A stretch of 64,000 nt of DNA from Candidatus Hydrogenedentota bacterium (GCA_963668025.2 CAXXTH010000010.1:1120001-1184000); one strand, 5' to 3'. Positions 12,701 through 23,151 are shown, counted from the first letter of the stretch. The notes: generated by a model from the letters alone, not told the origin. Translations and numbers: made by a program.

Positions 12701-15072
12701 ATGTGACGTTCTCGGAGCCCGTTTTGGGATTCGATGAAACGGATGTAACCATGGGAGGCACCGCTACGGGCGTCGTCTTCACCGTTACTCCTGTACCTGC
12801 CAAAGGGGCGAACCCGGTGGCTGCGTACACCATTAACGTGACCGCAGCAACAGGCGACGGCACGCTCGTGCCTGCGATTGGCGCTGGCGCTTGCACGGAT
12901 ACGGCAGGCAATGCCAACGAGGCATCGACCAGCACGGACAACAGTGTCGAGTATGATACTGCGGAGCCAACAGTGGCCTTAACCACCACTTCCGCTGATC
13001 CCACGAATGTTAGCCCCATTCCGGTGACCGCCACCTTCAGTGAAGGCATGTATGGCTTCACTGCAGCGGATATCGTGGTGGGCAACGGTGTTGCAGGCAG
13101 CTTCTCCGGCGTGGATGGCGACACGGTCTTCACGTTTGAGGTAACGCCTGCCGCAGATGGCACGGTGACAGTGAATGTGCCCGTGGACGCCGCGACGGAT
13201 CTGGCGGGCAATGGCAATATCGCGGCCACGCAGTTGAGCCTGGTATTTGACTCGACGGGACCGGCAATCATCGTGCATCATCTGGTTACAAATGACACCA
13301 CGCCTTTTGTATCCGGTACGATCACGGATTTGACATCTATCGATACCTTCGAGATCACCATTGATGGCCACACCTATACCCCGACGATTGTTGGTTCGTA
13401 CTGGTTCACCCAAGTGACGAATCCGCTCTCCGAAGGCACATATGATGTGCAAGGCGCGGCCACGGACAATCTCGCCAATGACAGCACCGACGAAACAACG
13501 GATGAGTTGCGTGTCGATACTACCGGCCCGACCGTGACTGTCAATGTGGTATCTACTCACGATACCTCGCCGCTTCTCTCTGGAACGGTGTCGGATTCGA
13601 GTGGAGTCACTTCGGTGAATGTGACGGTGGAAGGCAATGTATATCCGGCTACTATCTCGGGTAGTTCCTGGACGATAGCTCAGGGTGTCATTGCCCCCGC
13701 TTTGGCGGAAGGCGTCTACTCCGTAACTGCCGAGGCGGAGGATTCCCTCGGCAATTCTTCGACAGATGCCACGTCGGATGAATTGACCGTCGATCTCCTG
13801 GCGCCTGTGGTGACGGTGGATACGCTTACGACCGCGGATACATCGCCTGCGCTCACAGGTACAGTGGACGACGCCAATGCCGGCATTCGCGTGACGGTGG
13901 ATGGCCGGGCGTATGACGCCACAAACCTTGGCGCTACCTGGGTGCTGCCGCAAGGCTCCATCACGCCGGAACTGGAGGATGGCCTCTACGACGTGGCCGC
14001 CACGGCTACCGATGACGCCGGTAATACCGCCACGGATGCGACAACGGACGAATTGACAATCGACAAGAATGTCATCTCCGTCAGCATCAGCGAGCCGATA
14101 CGCAACCAGACGAAGTATCCGTCTATTGTGACCAATAGCGGGCCTATCATGTACATGGTCACGTACTACAATGTCACCTCCGTTACCTTGTCGGAAGTGG
14201 ATATCGTACCCGAGTACACGGGCACGGTTTCGGCGGCAATTACCGTGTCGAATCCAATGTCCAAGGGTGAAACCGACATGATCCGCATGGTGACGTTCTC
14301 GAACATCACCGGTGATGGAACGGCTAGGTTCTCCATCAATGCGGGAACGGGTTCAGATTCAGCGGGCGCCTTAGCGCCTGCCGTTGGCCCGAGCATACCG
14401 TTCACGGTGGACAATACCGCGCCGGAGCTCACCATCAGCGCGCCGTCCGTCACTTCGACCAAGGAAGGCCCTGTGACATTTACGCTGGCCTATTCGGAGG
14501 GCAGCGTGGTGACGCTTGACGCGGGTGACATCACTTTAGTGAAAACGGATACAGCGGATGGCGACTTGACGCTGACAGGTTCGGATCTCACGTGGACCGT
14601 CGAGATCTCGAATATCACCGGCGCGGGCGCACTCGGGCTCTTCGTGCAATCGAACACGGCGCACGACAACGCGGGCAATGTTTGCCCGGCTGCGGTCAGT
14701 TCGATGGTGACTGTTGCGTTGGATGACACCGATACGGACGGCGACGGGATTCCGGACTTCGTGGAAGGCTATGTGGATCCCGACGATGATGGCATCCCGA
14801 ACTACCAAGATTTGGATAGTGACGATGACTCCATTGGTGATTCGCATGAAGGTGTTGCGGATGTCGATGGCGACAACCTTCCAAACTATCTGGATCTGGA
14901 CAGTGATGACGATGGATACTCTGATGAGCAGGAATGGGCGATAGGCAGCGATCCGTATGATGCGGAAAGCGTGCCGCTGCCCATGGCCTGGTGGCCAGCC
15001 GCCGCAGCCCTGCTGCTGGCGGGAGGCTGGATGCTCAGCCATCGCCGCAACGCCGCAGGCGACACGAAGTAA
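6742..15072 (+). CDS. giant Ig-like-repeat surface protein/adhesin with C-terminal Ca-binding DxDxDG repeats and a membrane-anchor sorting tail
   Basis: 2776 aa; signal peptide (SPAFA); tandem ~100-aa Thr/Asp-rich Ig repeats; [25 protein letters not shown]; ends [26 protein letters not shown]. Confidence 0.92.
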   Translation: MRLRGNGRVLMRNKRDHAGLRLSLCAWFMAAAICGLASPAFAVLSVGVNFQAYSSSTPIVQGTQTDAVSIDVILDGHTYTATVLPSHQWFIIVNNALSDGVYDVQATAKDASDNTLSDATTNELTIDASPPTVTVDELLTNSTSPEITGEAIDTVGVASVDVTVNGSGPYSATVAGSTWTLSAGTVPALAEGVYDVSATAEDTLGNTASDSTTNELEIDLTAPTVTTVTPETGSPTNADTLSFTVTFSEEVENLNAAADLVITKDAGVSYISVQVTDSGDHINYTVDVLGVSGDGDITLAVSTGSDVADLAGNALASSVTSSAVTVDNTPPTLSIGAPSAAFTQSGPVTFTVTYTGADSVTLADGDITVIPTGTAAGTAAITGSGTTERTVTISAITGDGTLAISIAQDSASDTAGNLSAAEGPSSTFTVDNTGPEVTVNTLKTKNTSPALSGTVSDTDGSGVAGVEVTVNGDGPHAATITGVNWNLAEGTLTALADGTYDVVVAATDTVGNVGNDSTSDELVIDNTAPVVTVTALLTNDQSPALAGTIADSSGVSSLEITVNGQGPYAATVDFPAGTWVLADNTISPDLAEGIYDVDYTAIDSLGNSGSSTSTSILEIDITPPAQAVVSEVSDDTGSSGTDGITNDDTLIISGTAEADSTVEVFQDSVSLGTTTADGSGNWSYGPTAELADGDYDFTAQATDGAGNTGTLSTAFTATVDTTIAAPVVEDVSSDTGSSNTDFITNDTTLVFNGSADPNVSVQMEIDSANAGAPVAANGTGDWSYDHTGTTLSEGVYSLTATATDTAGNSASTAAPVSLTVDLTAPTNTAFNLITTSPTKEDTVEFEAVFDEDVYDFDNANDLTVAVTGTVVYTTLSVTNGPTTFDVDVSGVSGNGTLQLTWAGTQDVKDIAGNALLTTTASDTATVDNAPPSALTITPPATPTNEDTLQWTVTFDEAVKNFDDASDLVITETGTVAHTGATVTDSGDHITFTVELTGVSGDGTVNVVVSTTSDVADNADNALADGGTSTDVTVDNTAPTVDSITEPTTPTNDDSLTWTVTFSEAVVNFDAEADLDITETGTVAHTGVTVTDLGSQTSFTVELTGVSGDGTVNVVVSTSSGVTDEADNDLSSGGTSDDVTVDNTLPTVTVEQASGQADPANTLPITFDVTFSEPVTGFDETDVTIGGTATGVVVSVSGADDTYTISVDTITGDGTVIPSLNADVCVDAADNGNEASTSTDNSVTYDSTAPNAPVITGITDDTNTAADGITSDQTLVIDGTAEASSEVEVFLDGSSIGTTDADGTGNWTFDYTGTTLPEGDYTFTATSTDEAGNTSADSADFDVTVDITAPGVTVEQSSGQADPANTLPITFDVTFTEPVEGFDDADVTMGGTATGVTFNVTGSGDTYVINVTVVTGDGTLEPGISAAVCTDPAGNDNEASTSTDNSVEYDSTPPTVTVEQATGQEDPANALPVVFDVVFSEPVEGFDQTDVTMGGTATGVTFSVTGSDDTYTISVDTVTGDGTLVPSLAAGVCTDPAGNGNEVSTSTDNSVEYDSTAPAAPVITGITDDTNTAADGITSDQTLVIAGTAEASSEVEVFLDGSSIGTTDADGAGAWTYDYTGTTLPEGDYAFTATATDEAGNTSDASTAFDVTVDITAPQVTVEQSSGQADPSNTLPITFDVTFTEPVEGFDETDVTMGGTATGVTFTVTGADDTYTINVTVVTGDGTLEPSIGASVCTDPAGNANEASTSTDNSVEYDSTPPTVTVEQATGQVDPANSLPVLFDVVFSEPVTGFDETDVTMGGTATGVTFSVSGSDDTYTISVDAVTGDGTLVPSLAAGVCTDPAGNDNEASTSVDNSVVYDSTAPDAPVITGITDDTNSAGDGITSDQTLVINGTAEALSEVEVFLDGSSIGTTNADGAGNWTYDYTGTTLPEGDYAFTATAEDEAGNTSELSTAFDVTVDITVPTVTVEQSSGQDDPTNTLPITFDVTFSEPVLGFDETDVTMGGTATGVVFTVTPVPAKGANPVAAYTINVTAATGDGTLVPAIGAGACTDTAGNANEASTSTDNSVEYDTAEPTVALTTTSADPTNVSPIPVTATFSEGMYGFTAADIVVGNGVAGSFSGVDGDTVFTFEVTPAADGTVTVNVPVDAATDLAGNGNIAATQLSLVFDSTGPAIIVHHLVTNDTTPFVSGTITDLTSIDTFEITIDGHTYTPTIVGSYWFTQVTNPLSEGTYDVQGAATDNLANDSTDETTDELRVDTTGPTVTVNVVSTHDTSPLLSGTVSDSSGVTSVNVTVEGNVYPATISGSSWTIAQGVIAPALAEGVYSVTAEAEDSLGNSSTDATSDELTVDLLAPVVTVDTLTTADTSPALTGTVDDANAGIRVTVDGRAYDATNLGATWVLPQGSITPELEDGLYDVAATATDDAGNTATDATTDELTIDKNVISVSISEPIRNQTKYPSIVTNSGPIMYMVTYYNVTSVTLSEVDIVPEYTGTVSAAITVSNPMSKGETDMIRMVTFSNITGDGTARFSINAGTGSDSAGALAPAVGPSIPFTVDNTAPELTISAPSVTSTKEGPVTFTLAYSEGSVVTLDAGDITLVKTDTADGDLTLTGSDLTWTVEISNITGAGALGLFVQSNTAHDNAGNVCPAAVSSMVTVALDDTDTDGDGIPDFVEGYVDPDDDGIPNYQDLDSDDDSIGDSHEGVADVDGDNLPNYLDLDSDDDGYSDEQEWAIGSDPYDAESVPLPMAWWPAAAALLLAGGWMLSHRRNAAGDTK
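9520..10161 (+). repeat. intragenic tandem duplication, 321-bp period
   Basis: Equivalent VDN codons at 9520, 9841 and 10162; two near-identical 107-aa domains. Confidence 0.85.
10162..12960 (+). repeat. intragenic tandem array, 924-bp (308-aa) period, about 3 units
   Basis: [15 protein letters not shown] starts at 10477, 11401 and 12325; domain order A-B-A-A-B-A-A-B-A. Confidence 0.9.
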
Positions 15073-15083
15073 CAGTATCGAAC

Positions 15084-15112
15084 GAGGGCGGGCCCTGTGC
15101 AGGCCCGCCCTC
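15084..15112 (+). promoter_or_regulatory. intra-operon GC-rich hairpin
   Basis: GAGGGCGGGCC / GGCCCGCCCTC 11-bp stem, no U tract. Confidence 0.5.
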
Positions 15113-15181
15113 TCGAAGAGATTGGCGAGGATAACGGGACGTACGAGTCAGGCGGACCTAAAACAAAGGAGTCGAGGAAAC

Positions 15182-15556
15182 ATGAAGGCATATACATGGA
15201 AACGGATCATTGGCGTGGCGGTTGCAGTAATGGCGGTGGCCGCATATGCGCATGCAGCCGATACGATCGGCGCTACAAAGGGTGATGTGAACGCGGACGG
15301 CAAAGTCACATCCGAAGATGTCAAGCTCGTGAACCAAATCGCCGTTGGCGTAGTGGTTCCCACGGAAGATCAAACCTGGGCCGCCGATGTCAACAGCGAT
15401 GGAAAAGTGGACCTTGTCGATGCCGGACAATTGCAGGATTGGCTCGACGGCAAGAGCACTAAAAATGGCGCTGCGGTTCCCGTGGCGGCATTGCCTCTTG
15501 CGCTGGCATTGGCGGGCGCTGCCCTCGGCGCGCTTTCCGTTCGCCGCCGCGCATAA
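15182..15556 (+). CDS. small secreted dockerin-type protein with C-terminal anchor
   Basis: Signal MKAYTWKR..AYAHA; duplicated GDVNADGKVTSEDV / ADVNSDGKVDLVDA; tail VPVAALPLALALAGAALGALSVRRRA. The track start at 14957 is an over-extension. Confidence 0.88.
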   Translation: MKAYTWKRIIGVAVAVMAVAAYAHAADTIGATKGDVNADGKVTSEDVKLVNQIAVGVVVPTEDQTWAADVNSDGKVDLVDAGQLQDWLDGKSTKNGAAVPVAALPLALALAGAALGALSVRRRA

Positions 15557-15580
15557 TTAACGCTCTTCATATGTAGGGAA

Positions 15581-15628
15581 ACGGGAGATCGCCCCGATTG
15601 ACAAAGGGGCGGTCTCCCGTCTGATTTT
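15581..15628 (+). terminator. probable intrinsic terminator of the surface operon
   Basis: ACGGGAGATCGCCCC / GGGGCGGTCTCCCGT stem followed by CTGATTTT. Confidence 0.7.
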
Positions 15629-15641
15629 GTACTGCTATCTT

Positions 15642-15962
15642 TCAGGTTTTCATTTTTTTACCGCGAATGGACGCGAATGAACGCCAATATATGATTCTCG
15701 ATGTTTTTACTCCCGTAGCATGGGCGTCTCGCCCATGTGATGAGCAAGATTCAAGCAAAACGCTATGCAAAGAGACAATATATGCAACTATCTGATGTGA
15801 CTTGATTTGCGTCACGAATCTTCGCAAGAAAACAACGTTTTTTCCGAAAGAAGTACGAAGAACACGAAGCAAATGGTGAATGATATCCACCAAAAACTTC
15901 GTGTCCTTCGTTACCATATGGCAAAAAAACGGCTCTTTGGTTTCGGCTATGCTGCGTTAAGC
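15642..15962 (-). repeat. mosaic intergenic element (inverted relative to 18868-19133)
   Basis: 9-nt arrays ACGCGAATG and ACGAAGAAC, GTAG REP at 15715-15737, core TCTTCGCAAGAAAACAAC. Confidence 0.8.
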
Positions 15963-15963
15963 T

Positions 15964-18300
15964 CTATCCTTCAAGCGCTGGCGCAACCGCTGATTCCACT
16001 GTCGGCGCTGGGGAAGGCAGCTTGCGCATGGCTGCGATAATAATCCCCACAATCACTGCGCTCTCCAGGCTGATGAACGCTGGAAAAACGTACAAGCAGC
16101 ATAATGCCACGATCAAAATGAGTATCGCCATCAGGAAGGACGACCATTTCCCAGCATGCTGGGCGCGCATCGTACGGCGTATCCAGCGCATGACGGCATA
16201 GCCCGCCATTGCAGCCAAGAGGTATCCAAGCCCATAAAACACCCAATTGATCCGGGAGTTATAGGTGTGTAGAACCGCGTGGATGACCGTATTCTCGGGA
16301 ACAATCAGCCGCTCATAACTACTGCTATTTCCCGCGAATGGCACCGTAGCCCGCACCGGAAGCACTCCCGCCGCGACGGCCACGTTGGAAATGCCTCCCA
16401 TTCCCCCTCCCATCATTCCGGGCGCTGATGGCTGGGGCATTTGCTTGCTGTCATTCACCATTGTCTGGACTTGAGCAAGCATACCGGCAGACTTATTGCT
16501 AAGCTCCGAGAGACGTTCCACCGATATGCCGCGAGAATCCAACTTCATATCCGGTGCCGAGAAAGCCGCATGTGGCCGAGCCGCTGCTTCCCGCCCTGCC
16601 CGTCGGCCAAAAAAATCGCCGAATACAGGCATAGGCCATCTGCTCCCCGTCTCCCGCTTATGCACATCGCCCGTGCAACGGTACACAAACTGGTTGTCCG
16701 GGGTGTAGATCTGCCAATCGAGCTGGTTCACCAGAATATCCGTGGGAGGCGCGGTGAGCGGTATGTCACCCATCAGCCCTGGCATTTTCACCGCAGGCAT
16801 CTCGTAGATGATCTCGACAGGGAACGTGTCCAATTGCTGGCCTTGCTCCGTGGATTTCGACAACGGGATCAACAGCGCCGTCGTTCCGTCTTCATACGCC
16901 GGTTTGACTACCTGCCCATTCACCGCCGCGCTCCAGATCTTCGCGCCCTCGCCCAAATCCACGCGTAGAAACTGCTTCACATTGTTGCGGACCAAATACA
17001 TGGCTTGGGTCACTATGGTGCCTTCCCGCGTCAGCAAGGTTTGCAGGTTCGCGGAGTCGATGCTGGCGATACGCACTTCCGCGTCTGTCAGCTTCTTCAC
17101 ATCCAACAAGCAGGCATAATCTCCTCCGTTATGCCGGAATGCGAACAAGATAGGTGTCGGAGACATGCCGCGTAGATTACCTGGAAGCTCTACGCTGTCA
17201 ATGCGGGTAAGATTCGCTGCGCCTTCCGCGACATTAACCGCCACGGCTCCCTGGGCCGCTACGCCGATATAGCCGGTTTCGCGCACAATGCCCTCTATGG
17301 TGAGCTTCGGCACGCACAGAGCCGTCTCGCGTTGCTCGGGCAATGTTTCATACTGCAATATGACCATGTGCCCATCCGACCAGCGCCGGTTGCCGCGCAC
17401 CTCGATCACTTGCCCCGCTTCCGTATCCGTCGTCGTAATGGCCGCATCGGGGCTGTTTACATTGGATACGCGCGCGCTGGGCGGGAGTGAAAACTTGAAC
17501 GCATCCACCGAGCCGCGCAGCACATCGAACTGTACTTGCGTCGAGCAAGCCAAATACCGGTCGCCCATGGCTGTGGCCATCGTCGAGGTGGTGCAGGCCA
17601 CCCGCGCTTCTTCCTGCACGGGCTGTTCAGGAGTGGCTTCTCCTTCGGGGCGGGTCCAGCTTACCTCGATGCGGTCGGTCGTCTTGAAGGCGATCTCAGC
17701 CTGTAGCATATTGTCGCCCCGGTTGGCCCGGATATGTCCCGCCGCGGGAGCGGATAACACAGCCTCCGGCATGGGCAGCCGCAAGCTCATATTCGTCGTG
17801 GGGGCTTGCGGGCAAGCGAAACTGAAGCTCTCCCGGCCTTCGGCACGCTCCAAAGGCAGGAAAAATGTCGCATTCACATTGTAATTACCTGGCTGCTTGG
17901 TGACTAGGCACAGCCATTCGCCTTGGGCCGCCAATCCATTCGATTCCGGCCCGCCCACGTTTGCCGAGGTGGGCGCCAATGCCCCGCTCAGCACAGGAGC
18001 GGATACCCATTTAGAATCCTGCGTCCAAACCGACACATTCAGATCCACATTCACTTGAACGCTGTCTTCATCCGCCAGCTCGACTGTATACCGTGCTTGT
18101 GTCACTGCGTATGGCAGGGGCGCTGCTTCCATTTTTGGAGATTTCACGATTTCCATCAGTTTCATGAAATCCTGCCAGGAAAGGGTCATTTGCGCCGAAG
18201 GGATATCCGGCACGATGGGGGCCGGAATTTCATCTTGCGCCCAGGCTCCTCCCATCAACAAACACGCCGCACACCATACTAAAACCTGCCTGCGTATCAT
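15964..18300 (-). CDS. large secreted/membrane-anchored hypothetical protein
   Basis: AAGGAG RBS before MIRRQ; signal peptide; beta-rich body; Met/Gly-rich linker; GVLPVR motif; three C-terminal hydrophobic helices. Confidence 0.8.
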   Translation of the reverse strand: MIRRQVLVWCAACLLMGGAWAQDEIPAPIVPDIPSAQMTLSWQDFMKLMEIVKSPKMEAAPLPYAVTQARYTVELADEDSVQVNVDLNVSVWTQDSKWVSAPVLSGALAPTSANVGGPESNGLAAQGEWLCLVTKQPGNYNVNATFFLPLERAEGRESFSFACPQAPTTNMSLRLPMPEAVLSAPAAGHIRANRGDNMLQAEIAFKTTDRIEVSWTRPEGEATPEQPVQEEARVACTTSTMATAMGDRYLACSTQVQFDVLRGSVDAFKFSLPPSARVSNVNSPDAAITTTDTEAGQVIEVRGNRRWSDGHMVILQYETLPEQRETALCVPKLTIEGIVRETGYIGVAAQGAVAVNVAEGAANLTRIDSVELPGNLRGMSPTPILFAFRHNGGDYACLLDVKKLTDAEVRIASIDSANLQTLLTREGTIVTQAMYLVRNNVKQFLRVDLGEGAKIWSAAVNGQVVKPAYEDGTTALLIPLSKSTEQGQQLDTFPVEIIYEMPAVKMPGLMGDIPLTAPPTDILVNQLDWQIYTPDNQFVYRCTGDVHKRETGSRWPMPVFGDFFGRRAGREAAARPHAAFSAPDMKLDSRGISVERLSELSNKSAGMLAQVQTMVNDSKQMPQPSAPGMMGGGMGGISNVAVAAGVLPVRATVPFAGNSSSYERLIVPENTVIHAVLHTYNSRINWVFYGLGYLLAAMAGYAVMRWIRRTMRAQHAGKWSSFLMAILILIVALCCLYVFPAFISLESAVIVGIIIAAMRKLPSPAPTVESAVAPALEG

Positions 18301-18490
18301 GGTCACGCCCTCCTTTGCCGGAACTCCGGCATGGTTATACTTCCAAGGCTTTGCCACGTTGGACACCAAAAAAGGACGAATGGTTCAAAGAGGATTTTTG
18401 TGCTGGAGGAAATTCAAATGGCATTATCGAAAATGGGATATGGCTTAGCATCTCAAATCCCAGCTTCTATAACGAACGGCAACTTGTATT

Positions 18491-19187
18491 CTTTGCGCCT
18501 TTGCGTCTTTGCGTGAAATATATAACTAAAGATTGTACACGCTACTAGCGCCCGTGCGCCCAATCAAGATAGTGTATACTCTCGCAAAGTCGGCCATTTT
18601 CAACGCAGATGCGCGGAGAACGCAAAGTATCGCAGAGAACCCATCCTTCTCTATTCTCAAATGTGCGAATAAACTGTTCAAGAGAATTTTTTCCACTCTG
18701 CACTACTATTTGCAGAAATCTTGTTCCCTTGTGTGGATTTTCTGTGTAAATCAATATACATCAACTCGTTAGAGACAAGACTTTCATCACGAAGAGCACA
18801 AGATCACGAAGAAAAACGATATCAATTCTGGTCTTTTATCTATGTCATCTGCGCCATCTGTGGAAAATCTTCGCGTTCTTCGTGCTACTATCGGGAAGAA
18901 TGTTGTTTTCTTGCGAAGATTCCTCATCGAACTCAAATCATATCTAACGTTCCGAGATATGCTTTTTTATGTGCCGTTGTGGGAGCGCGTTGTATGTGCC
19001 TTCTCCTTACTCGCATGGGCGAGACGCCCATGCCACGAGAGTTGTAAAAACATTTGAGAAGATATATTCGAGTTCATTCGCGTCCATTCGTGGTAAAAAG
19101 ACGAAACACTTTAGTTGCGGCTACGCTGCTCTGCGGATCTCTGCGTTCTCCGCGCCTCTGCGTTGAAATGATTCAACTTCACCAAGA
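18491..19187. repeat. cluster of nested short-period inverted arrays and REP
   Basis: CTTTGCG(C/T) x3 at 18491; inverted pairs 18597-18638/19129-19168 and 18787-18812/18868-18886; REP 19014-19036; TTCATTCGCGTCCATTCGTGG near 19073. Confidence 0.8.
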
Positions 19188-19312
19188 AGGTGAGCCAGTT
19201 CGTCAGAAAATGATGGGCCTTGCCCTGCGATTAGGGCAACTATATCACAGTGGCGATATCACCGCACAATCTGTCATAATGCTCCGTGTGTGTGGCCGCA
19301 GCCCTCCGGCGG

Positions 19313-20644
19313 TCATTCATCCATTAATCCCGGTGAACGCCCCAGTTTTTTTCGAAGACGCTCCAGGCGGCGCTGGAAGGTGCGGAGGTGGGAATCTTCG
19401 AGCGCACCTGAATTCCCTAAGGCGATACGCGTTTCGATGAACTCGACGGCTTGTGCACAGAGGCGTTCCGCCTCGAAGAGATTTCGGGTGCGGTGTTCAT
19501 GGTGTTTGGCAAGCTCATGGCGCGCCACAAGGTTTTCGGGGAATTCATCGAGCAGAAGAGACCAGATTTTCTCCATGGCCTCCCAATCCTGCAAACGCTT
19601 GCCCGCAAGCCCCATGAGTTCGAGGCATTCCCGCCGCACCATCGGCTCCGCCTCCGATTCCAGCAGCCGCCTGCCCTGCGCCATCACTTCAACATATTGC
19701 CGGTGCCTAAAATGAAGCCGAACGAGGGAATACTGGTCTTCCGCATGCTCGAATCCCATTTCCGCCGCGCCCGCCAGATTGCGCGACAACGACGCCGTCA
19801 ACGCCACGAGCGACAGGATATCCATGCGATGATGATAAAACACTCGTTCGAGGGGCCGGGCGTCGCGGGTGCGCAGGTAATCGAGCCACAACTGGGGGAT
19901 CTCGGCGCTGTTTACATCGTCCTGGCGCTCAATGCCCAACGCCTGCCGTTCGATGTTCGTGAGCGAGCAGTCTTGCAGCCGCATCTTCCAAAAACGCCGC
20001 GCCGCATGGACCAAATCCAGGTGGGGGACGCTGTCGAGGCGGAAGGGAATGCGGTTTTGGATGAAGCGCGTGCGCAGCAACGGCACATCGAAGCTCTTCC
20101 CATTATAGGTTACGACTGTTCCACAGCGGTGAAACAATTCGGCGAGATATTCAAGCATGGCCGGTTCATCGTCATAATCGCGCATGAAGCATTGGTCGAG
20201 GCGGAACGCATCTTCGACAAAGTATCCCACGCCCACCAGAAACGCCATGGTGCCCGTGCCGCCCGCGAGGCCTGTAGTCTCGGTGTCCACGAACATCGCC
20301 GTGGCCGGATCGTAATCCTCGAGTTCCTCGTCGCAGGCGGAGAAGGCGATGTGGCTAGGCGCGGCATCGAGGGCTTCGCCCAACGCGTGCGGCCCATGGG
20401 GCGTATCGAGCGGATAATCCGTCTGGACGAGATAAAATCCCTCCTCTGAATCGCCCACGAGACGCCCAGGCACAGTCTTGTCGATCTCAAAGACTCCCTC
20501 GGCGCGCTGACGCGCATGCTCCTCAGCGGCCTTACGCCATTCCTGGCCCGTCATGACGCCCTTGTTCGCGAGCAGCGCCTTTAGTTTATCTTGGATATCC
20601 GGCACGAACGAATCCTCGATGTTATGGCTGAAGATTTTTGACAT
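19313..20644 (-). CDS. mrfB: RNase_H_2/DEDD exonuclease with C-terminal TPR region (YprB/MrfB-like)
   Basis: FVDTETTGLAGGTG, TYNGKSFD, HLDL, CSLTNIE, H..DILSL; downstream of the DUF1998 helicase. Confidence 0.82.
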   Translation of the reverse strand: MSKIFSHNIEDSFVPDIQDKLKALLANKGVMTGQEWRKAAEEHARQRAEGVFEIDKTVPGRLVGDSEEGFYLVQTDYPLDTPHGPHALGEALDAAPSHIAFSACDEELEDYDPATAMFVDTETTGLAGGTGTMAFLVGVGYFVEDAFRLDQCFMRDYDDEPAMLEYLAELFHRCGTVVTYNGKSFDVPLLRTRFIQNRIPFRLDSVPHLDLVHAARRFWKMRLQDCSLTNIERQALGIERQDDVNSAEIPQLWLDYLRTRDARPLERVFYHHRMDILSLVALTASLSRNLAGAAEMGFEHAEDQYSLVRLHFRHRQYVEVMAQGRRLLESEAEPMVRRECLELMGLAGKRLQDWEAMEKIWSLLLDEFPENLVARHELAKHHEHRTRNLFEAERLCAQAVEFIETRIALGNSGALEDSHLRTFQRRLERLRKKLGRSPGLMDE

Positions 20645-20646
20645 AA

Positions 20647-20792
20647 TTTACAAGATGGACAGGATTTACTTTTATCAATCAAATGAATTAGCCAAATAGA
20701 AAAATAACAAAATTATTAATTTAACCACAAACACTCAGATTCAAACTCGAAACGAATTAAGTAAATCTCGTCCATCTTGTAAATCCTGTCTA
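20647..20792. repeat. inverted 9-nt-period array pair around an AT-rich spacer
   Basis: TTACAAGATGGACAGGATT ... GTCCATCTTGTAAATCCTGTC. Confidence 0.7.
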
Positions 20793-20804
20793 AAAAAACG
20801 CTTT

Positions 20805-23081
20805 CTATTCTACTCCCAGCGCCCACCGCGCCAGTTCCACCGCACCGCTTTTCCCGTTAGGCCCGACTTCGCCCACAGGCCCCACGCAGCTTGGACACCC
20901 TTCCTTGCATCCGCATCCTGCGATCAGTGAGATCGCCGCATTCAATAAACGCGCACTGTGCATATACAGTTTGTCGCTAATGCCCACGCCTCCGGGATAG
21001 GATTCATATAGGAAAATCGTAGGTTTTTGCGTAAATGGCGCGCGCAACACGCCCAGGGCGCGGATGTCCGTGGGATCGCACATGATTTCAACCGGCGCGA
21101 CCTGGCGCAATGTGTTAGCCAGCGCATGCAGCGCCTCACTGAGCTGCGAACTGTTAAGGCCAAGAATCTCTCCGGCGCTCTCCGGGAACTCGAACCAGAA
21201 CGCGGCGGTGTGCATGGTCGTCTCGGGGAGGTGGATTTCACCCCAGCCCACGTTCTCGTGCGTGCCGAATTTGATTTTCTTATAGATGGTCGGCAGCCAG
21301 GTGACGCTCACTTCGCCGCAGAGCTTGGCCGCACCGCCCGCCGCCTCCTCACGATCCGCCGCGATGACCTTCAGATCAACCTTCGTCTCCGCGTCCGTAT
21401 AATAATCCACCTCGACGGGCCGCGCATACGCCTTCCGGTCTTCGAGGTCGAGCCGATCAATCGTATATTGCTCGCTTTGATGCAGGTAGATGGCGTTTTG
21501 ATACACCTCGGTCGGGGCTGCAAAATAATCAATCTCGCCGATCACCTGCCCGTTTTTCGTGGTGTCTAGAATCACGACATTGCCCGGCGCGGCGGTGCGC
21601 AGACTGATGTCCGCGGATGGATAGGCGTCCGCGCTCCAATACCATTTGCCCTTGCGCTCGCGCAGAATGCGCTCGCCGCAGAGGTATTCCAGAATTTCCC
21701 GGGTGGACGCCGCGTCGAGGCCGAACGATTCGCCCTCCTCGAAGGGGATCTCGAAGGCGGCGCATTTCAGGTGGCTGGTGGCGATAATGAGGTTATTCGG
21801 GTCCACCGTGGCGCTTTCCGGGGGCAGCTCGAAGAAGTATTCCGGGTGGCTGATGATGTACTGGTCGAGCGGCCCGCTCGAGGCCACGAGGATGATCAAG
21901 GACACATCCGAGCGCCGCCCGGCCCGGCCCGCCTGCTGCCATGTGCTCGCCACACTGCCCGAATAACCCGTCATGACGCACACATCCAGCGAGCCAATGT
22001 CGATGCCCAATTCCAGGGCGTTCGTGCTCACCACCGTCATGATCTCGCCATTGCGCAAGCCCTGCTCGATGGCCCGCCGCTCCGTAGGCAGATAACCGCC
22101 CCGGTAACCCCGCACCAGATTGTGGTCTTTGCCCATCTTGCGCAGGGCGTCTTTGAGGTAGGTGGTGAGAACTTCGACGCGCAAGCGGCTGCGGGCGAAC
22201 ACGATGGACTGCACGCCGCGCGAAAGCATGCGTTGGGTGATGCGGCTCGCCACTTTGACCGATGAGAGCCGGATGCCCAGTTCCGCGTTCACCACGGGGG
22301 GATTGAAAAACAAGAAATGCCGTTCGCCCATGGGCGCGCCGTTGTTGTCCACGAGATGGATGGGCTTCTCGACGATGCGCTCGGCGATTTCTCGCGGATT
22401 GTTGATGGTGGCGCTACAACAGATGAACTGCGGATTCGACCCGTAGAACGCGCAGATGCGCTTGAGCCGCCGCAAGACATTCGCCAGATGGCTCCCGAAA
22501 ACGCCCCGGTAATGGTGAATCTCGTCAATCACCACAAACTTCAGGTTCTCGAAGAGTTTCATCCAGATGGTGTGGTGGGGGAGGATTCCTGTGTGGAGCA
22601 TATCGGGATTCGTGATGATGATATGCCCCGCATTGCGCACGGCCTTACGCGCCGATGCGGGCGTGTCGCCGTCGAACGTGTACGTGCCGATGCGCACATC
22701 GAGATCATCGATGGTGTGCTTCAACTCATGCATCTGGTCCTGTGACAGCGCCTTGGTCGGGAACAGATACAGCGCCCGCGCTTCAGGGTCATTCATGAGC
22801 GTATGCAACACCGGAATATTGTAACAGAGCGTCTTGCCCGAGGCCGTCGGCGTCACCACGCAGATATGCTTGCCCTCGAGCACCGCCTCGATGGCCTCGG
22901 CCTGGTGCGTATACAGCCGCGAAATGCCCCGGTCCTGCAACGCGGCCACCAGGCGCGGATTCAACGCTTCAGGAAAATCCGCATACCGGGCCTCCCGCGC
23001 GGGAACAGTCCGCCATGCCGTGAGGTTTTCCACGAACTCGCGGTCATTCCGCAATTGGTCAATGATCTGGGCGGCGTTCAT
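20805..23081 (-). CDS. mrfA: DEAD/DEAH-box helicase with DUF1998 (YprA/MrfA-like)
   Basis: TPTASGKT, DEIH, SAT, ALELGIDIG, QQAGRAGR, C-terminal CGCKEGCPSC. Confidence 0.9.
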   Translation of the reverse strand: MNAAQIIDQLRNDREFVENLTAWRTVPAREARYADFPEALNPRLVAALQDRGISRLYTHQAEAIEAVLEGKHICVVTPTASGKTLCYNIPVLHTLMNDPEARALYLFPTKALSQDQMHELKHTIDDLDVRIGTYTFDGDTPASARKAVRNAGHIIITNPDMLHTGILPHHTIWMKLFENLKFVVIDEIHHYRGVFGSHLANVLRRLKRICAFYGSNPQFICCSATINNPREIAERIVEKPIHLVDNNGAPMGERHFLFFNPPVVNAELGIRLSSVKVASRITQRMLSRGVQSIVFARSRLRVEVLTTYLKDALRKMGKDHNLVRGYRGGYLPTERRAIEQGLRNGEIMTVVSTNALELGIDIGSLDVCVMTGYSGSVASTWQQAGRAGRRSDVSLIILVASSGPLDQYIISHPEYFFELPPESATVDPNNLIIATSHLKCAAFEIPFEEGESFGLDAASTREILEYLCGERILRERKGKWYWSADAYPSADISLRTAAPGNVVILDTTKNGQVIGEIDYFAAPTEVYQNAIYLHQSEQYTIDRLDLEDRKAYARPVEVDYYTDAETKVDLKVIAADREEAAGGAAKLCGEVSVTWLPTIYKKIKFGTHENVGWGEIHLPETTMHTAAFWFEFPESAGEILGLNSSQLSEALHALANTLRQVAPVEIMCDPTDIRALGVLRAPFTQKPTIFLYESYPGGVGISDKLYMHSARLLNAAISLIAGCGCKEGCPSCVGPVGEVGPNGKSGAVELARWALGVE

Positions 23082-23151
23082 GCATGGGCCTTTCATTCCG
23101 AGAATCCATCTGAATGTAACATCAGTATGCGCGCCATGCAAGCCCGGTATT

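Noticed and set aside
9520-12960. Diversity-generating retroelement template/variable pair
   Set aside because: These are in-frame domain duplications, differences are not adenine-specific, and there is no reverse transcriptase
6789-15042. Many antisense ORFs over the adhesin and other GC-rich genes
   Set aside because: Shadow frames caused by codon bias; no RBS or recognisable motifs
15938-15963. Integron attC site ending GTTAAGC
   Set aside because: No matching RYYYAAC box or integrase; it fits the mosaic repeat motif instead
18491-19187. CRISPR array
   Set aside because: Units are 8-9 nt, with no constant repeat-spacer pattern and no cas genes
15642-19440. Short similar ORFs (GKNVVFLRRF, SHGRDAHAT) as a small-protein family
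   Set aside because: The similarity is split across frames by indels, so it reflects a DNA repeat rather than coding conservation
19313-23081. DUF1998 helicase as a DISARM/Druantia-type defence system
   Set aside because: It is paired with an RNase_H_2 exonuclease as in MrfAB, with no methylase or other drm genes nearby
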